A stretch of DNA of 64,000 nt, from positions 5,250,689-5,314,688 of the forward strand of contig JARFYF010000071.1 of assembly GCA_030265395.1 (NCBI GenBank), given 5' to 3'. Both the position numbers and the translations under genes were made by a program. This DNA comes from Rhina ancylostomus. Its lineage: Eukaryota. A model generated the notes under the pieces. It saw only the letters and a list, made by a program, of their open reading frames with translations. It was not told the origin of the DNA and did no database searches. Positions 62,459 through 64,000 of the stretch are shown here, piece after piece (the stretch's first letter is position 1; each line of letters starts with the position of its first letter).

Positions 62459-63559
62459 GATATTAATGTGTAGTTTTATTTTCATTTACTTGGCAGTGGA
62501 CCACTGCAGCAGACAGCCAGCGAATTGTAGGCAGCAGGCCAACTTTGTGCTGTTTACTAGTTTCCACGATTGTAACATCTAGCTAGTGCAAACCGCACGG
62601 TTCGTTGTTTGGATACTTCTTCAATGCGACAGTATCATGTGTGGCTCGCACAGCCAAAGCTCGCTGCTTAAAGCGGGCTTGCATCCTTAAAGGGGAGGCT
62701 TACTTCACTGACAGTAGGTGTTGGAAAGCAGTTTCTGACTGAAAGTGATTCAAGGATTTGTAATCAATGATGCAGCACAGGGGAAAGCGGACTCCTGGTG
62801 TTTTGTATCCTGTGCTGGAGGCACTAGTGGATGAGAGGTAGAGTGAAAGGGATATCCTGCCAGGTATCCCTTCAGGTCCTCCTACTGAAAACCGATGGTC
62901 GTGGTGCTCAATGTTTAGAGTCAAACATTGATCCAGTGGTTCAAGAAAGTTCAATGACCTGACACAAGCAGCCTTCTTCATGAAAGCATCTCCATGTTCC
63001 ACACCCTACGAATGCTGTAGTAACAGTGTTGTTACTGTACTAATATTCAGAGGACTGGACTATTCAAGTGGGGAAATTAATCATTTTTGATGCTTTCAAT
63101 CTCACAGTCTCACCAAGTGACATCTTGCTGATGGCAATGAACCTCCATCGGAAATAGCAAACACAGACATGCCTGCCCGTCCTGGTCATTGTGTGTCTGG
63201 TTCTTTCAGTCCTGCAAAGGTGAGGGATGTCTGTCAAAGCGCACAGCCTCCTCATGTCCCAGTGTCCCATCAATCCGTATTCTATGCCAGTTCACACTGC
63301 AGACAGTGGAGCATGCACCTTATACCTCCCTCCACCCTGCACCACAACCTTCTTTTGCACTCGTTTTGCCCGACTCCATTCGTAAATGGAGCTTCTGATG
63401 ACCATTGGCACAACTGCCTTTGGAGCACAAGAGTAGCCACTCAATACCTGAGGACAGCAATTCTGATGATCAGCTTCTGAGTCCTGACATTCTGATAATC
63501 CGCTCTCTGACCATTCAGAAATCTCAGTGGTTCATCATCTGGCTCCCTGGGTGACATTT

Positions 63560-63890
63560 GCCGTGCTCCCTTTCTGCACACCAAGGCCCCAGTTCCCACA
63601 TTCCATTTCCACTCACCAGGGTCTGGTTCCCACATTCCCTTTGACCTCAGCAGGGCCCCAGTTCCCATGCTCACACGCCACTGACCTGGGCCCCATTCCC
63701 ACACTCCCTTTCAACACATCAGGGCCCTCATTCCCGCATTCCCTTTCAATTCACCTGGGCCCCAGTTCCCACAAATAATTTCAACTCTTCAAGCCTCAAG
63801 TTCCCATGCACACTTCCATTCACCAGGGCCCCAGTTGCTGCACTCCTTTATGACTTACCTGTGCCCCAATTCCCATGCCCCTTTGAACTT
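63560..63890 (+). repeat. Degenerate ~38-bp tandem repeat (gggccccagttcccaca...)
   Basis: Recurrent ggccccagttccca/ggcccc.ttccca motif at roughly regular spacing. Confidence 0.7.
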
Positions 63891-64000
63891 AATTGGTTCA
63901 TTTGAAAATGTATTCTCTTGCTGTGTTAACATCTGAAACGAGTGAATTAAAAGTGTGTTAGGTTATTACTAGATCCAATAGTCTGGAAAACCTGTCAGTC

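Noticed and set aside
62470-63002. Possible terminal exon of an upstream minus-strand gene such as PCNX3
   Set aside because: No pecanex-like or other recognisable peptide in the frames I read; only a lone AATAAA near 62475.

Overview
Vertebrate genomic DNA, very likely from a cartilaginous fish (HE1-like V-SINEs, Deu-SINEs, CR1, Rex1/Babar, RTE and Penelope repeats), in a draft assembly with many N gaps. The main feature is a minus-strand SIPA1 gene (Rap1GAP, PDZ, C-terminal coiled coil). I traced 14 coding exons from the ATG at 33059 down to 404, all with GT-AG boundaries and matching phases; the last exon lies beyond the left edge. A candidate promoter and non-coding first exon lie near 47.3-47.5 kb. 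Most of the rest is degenerate retroelements and minisatellites. The most notable non-genic signals are (1) short palindromic Penelope-LTR-derived elements carrying degenerate hammerhead ribozyme cores and 13-14 bp target-site duplications, (2) two local inverted duplications, one bracketing the putative promoter, and (3) SIPA1L/SPAR-like motifs retained in the SIPA1 N-terminus. No prokaryotic system or CRISPR array is present. Family assignments are from motif recognition, not database searches.
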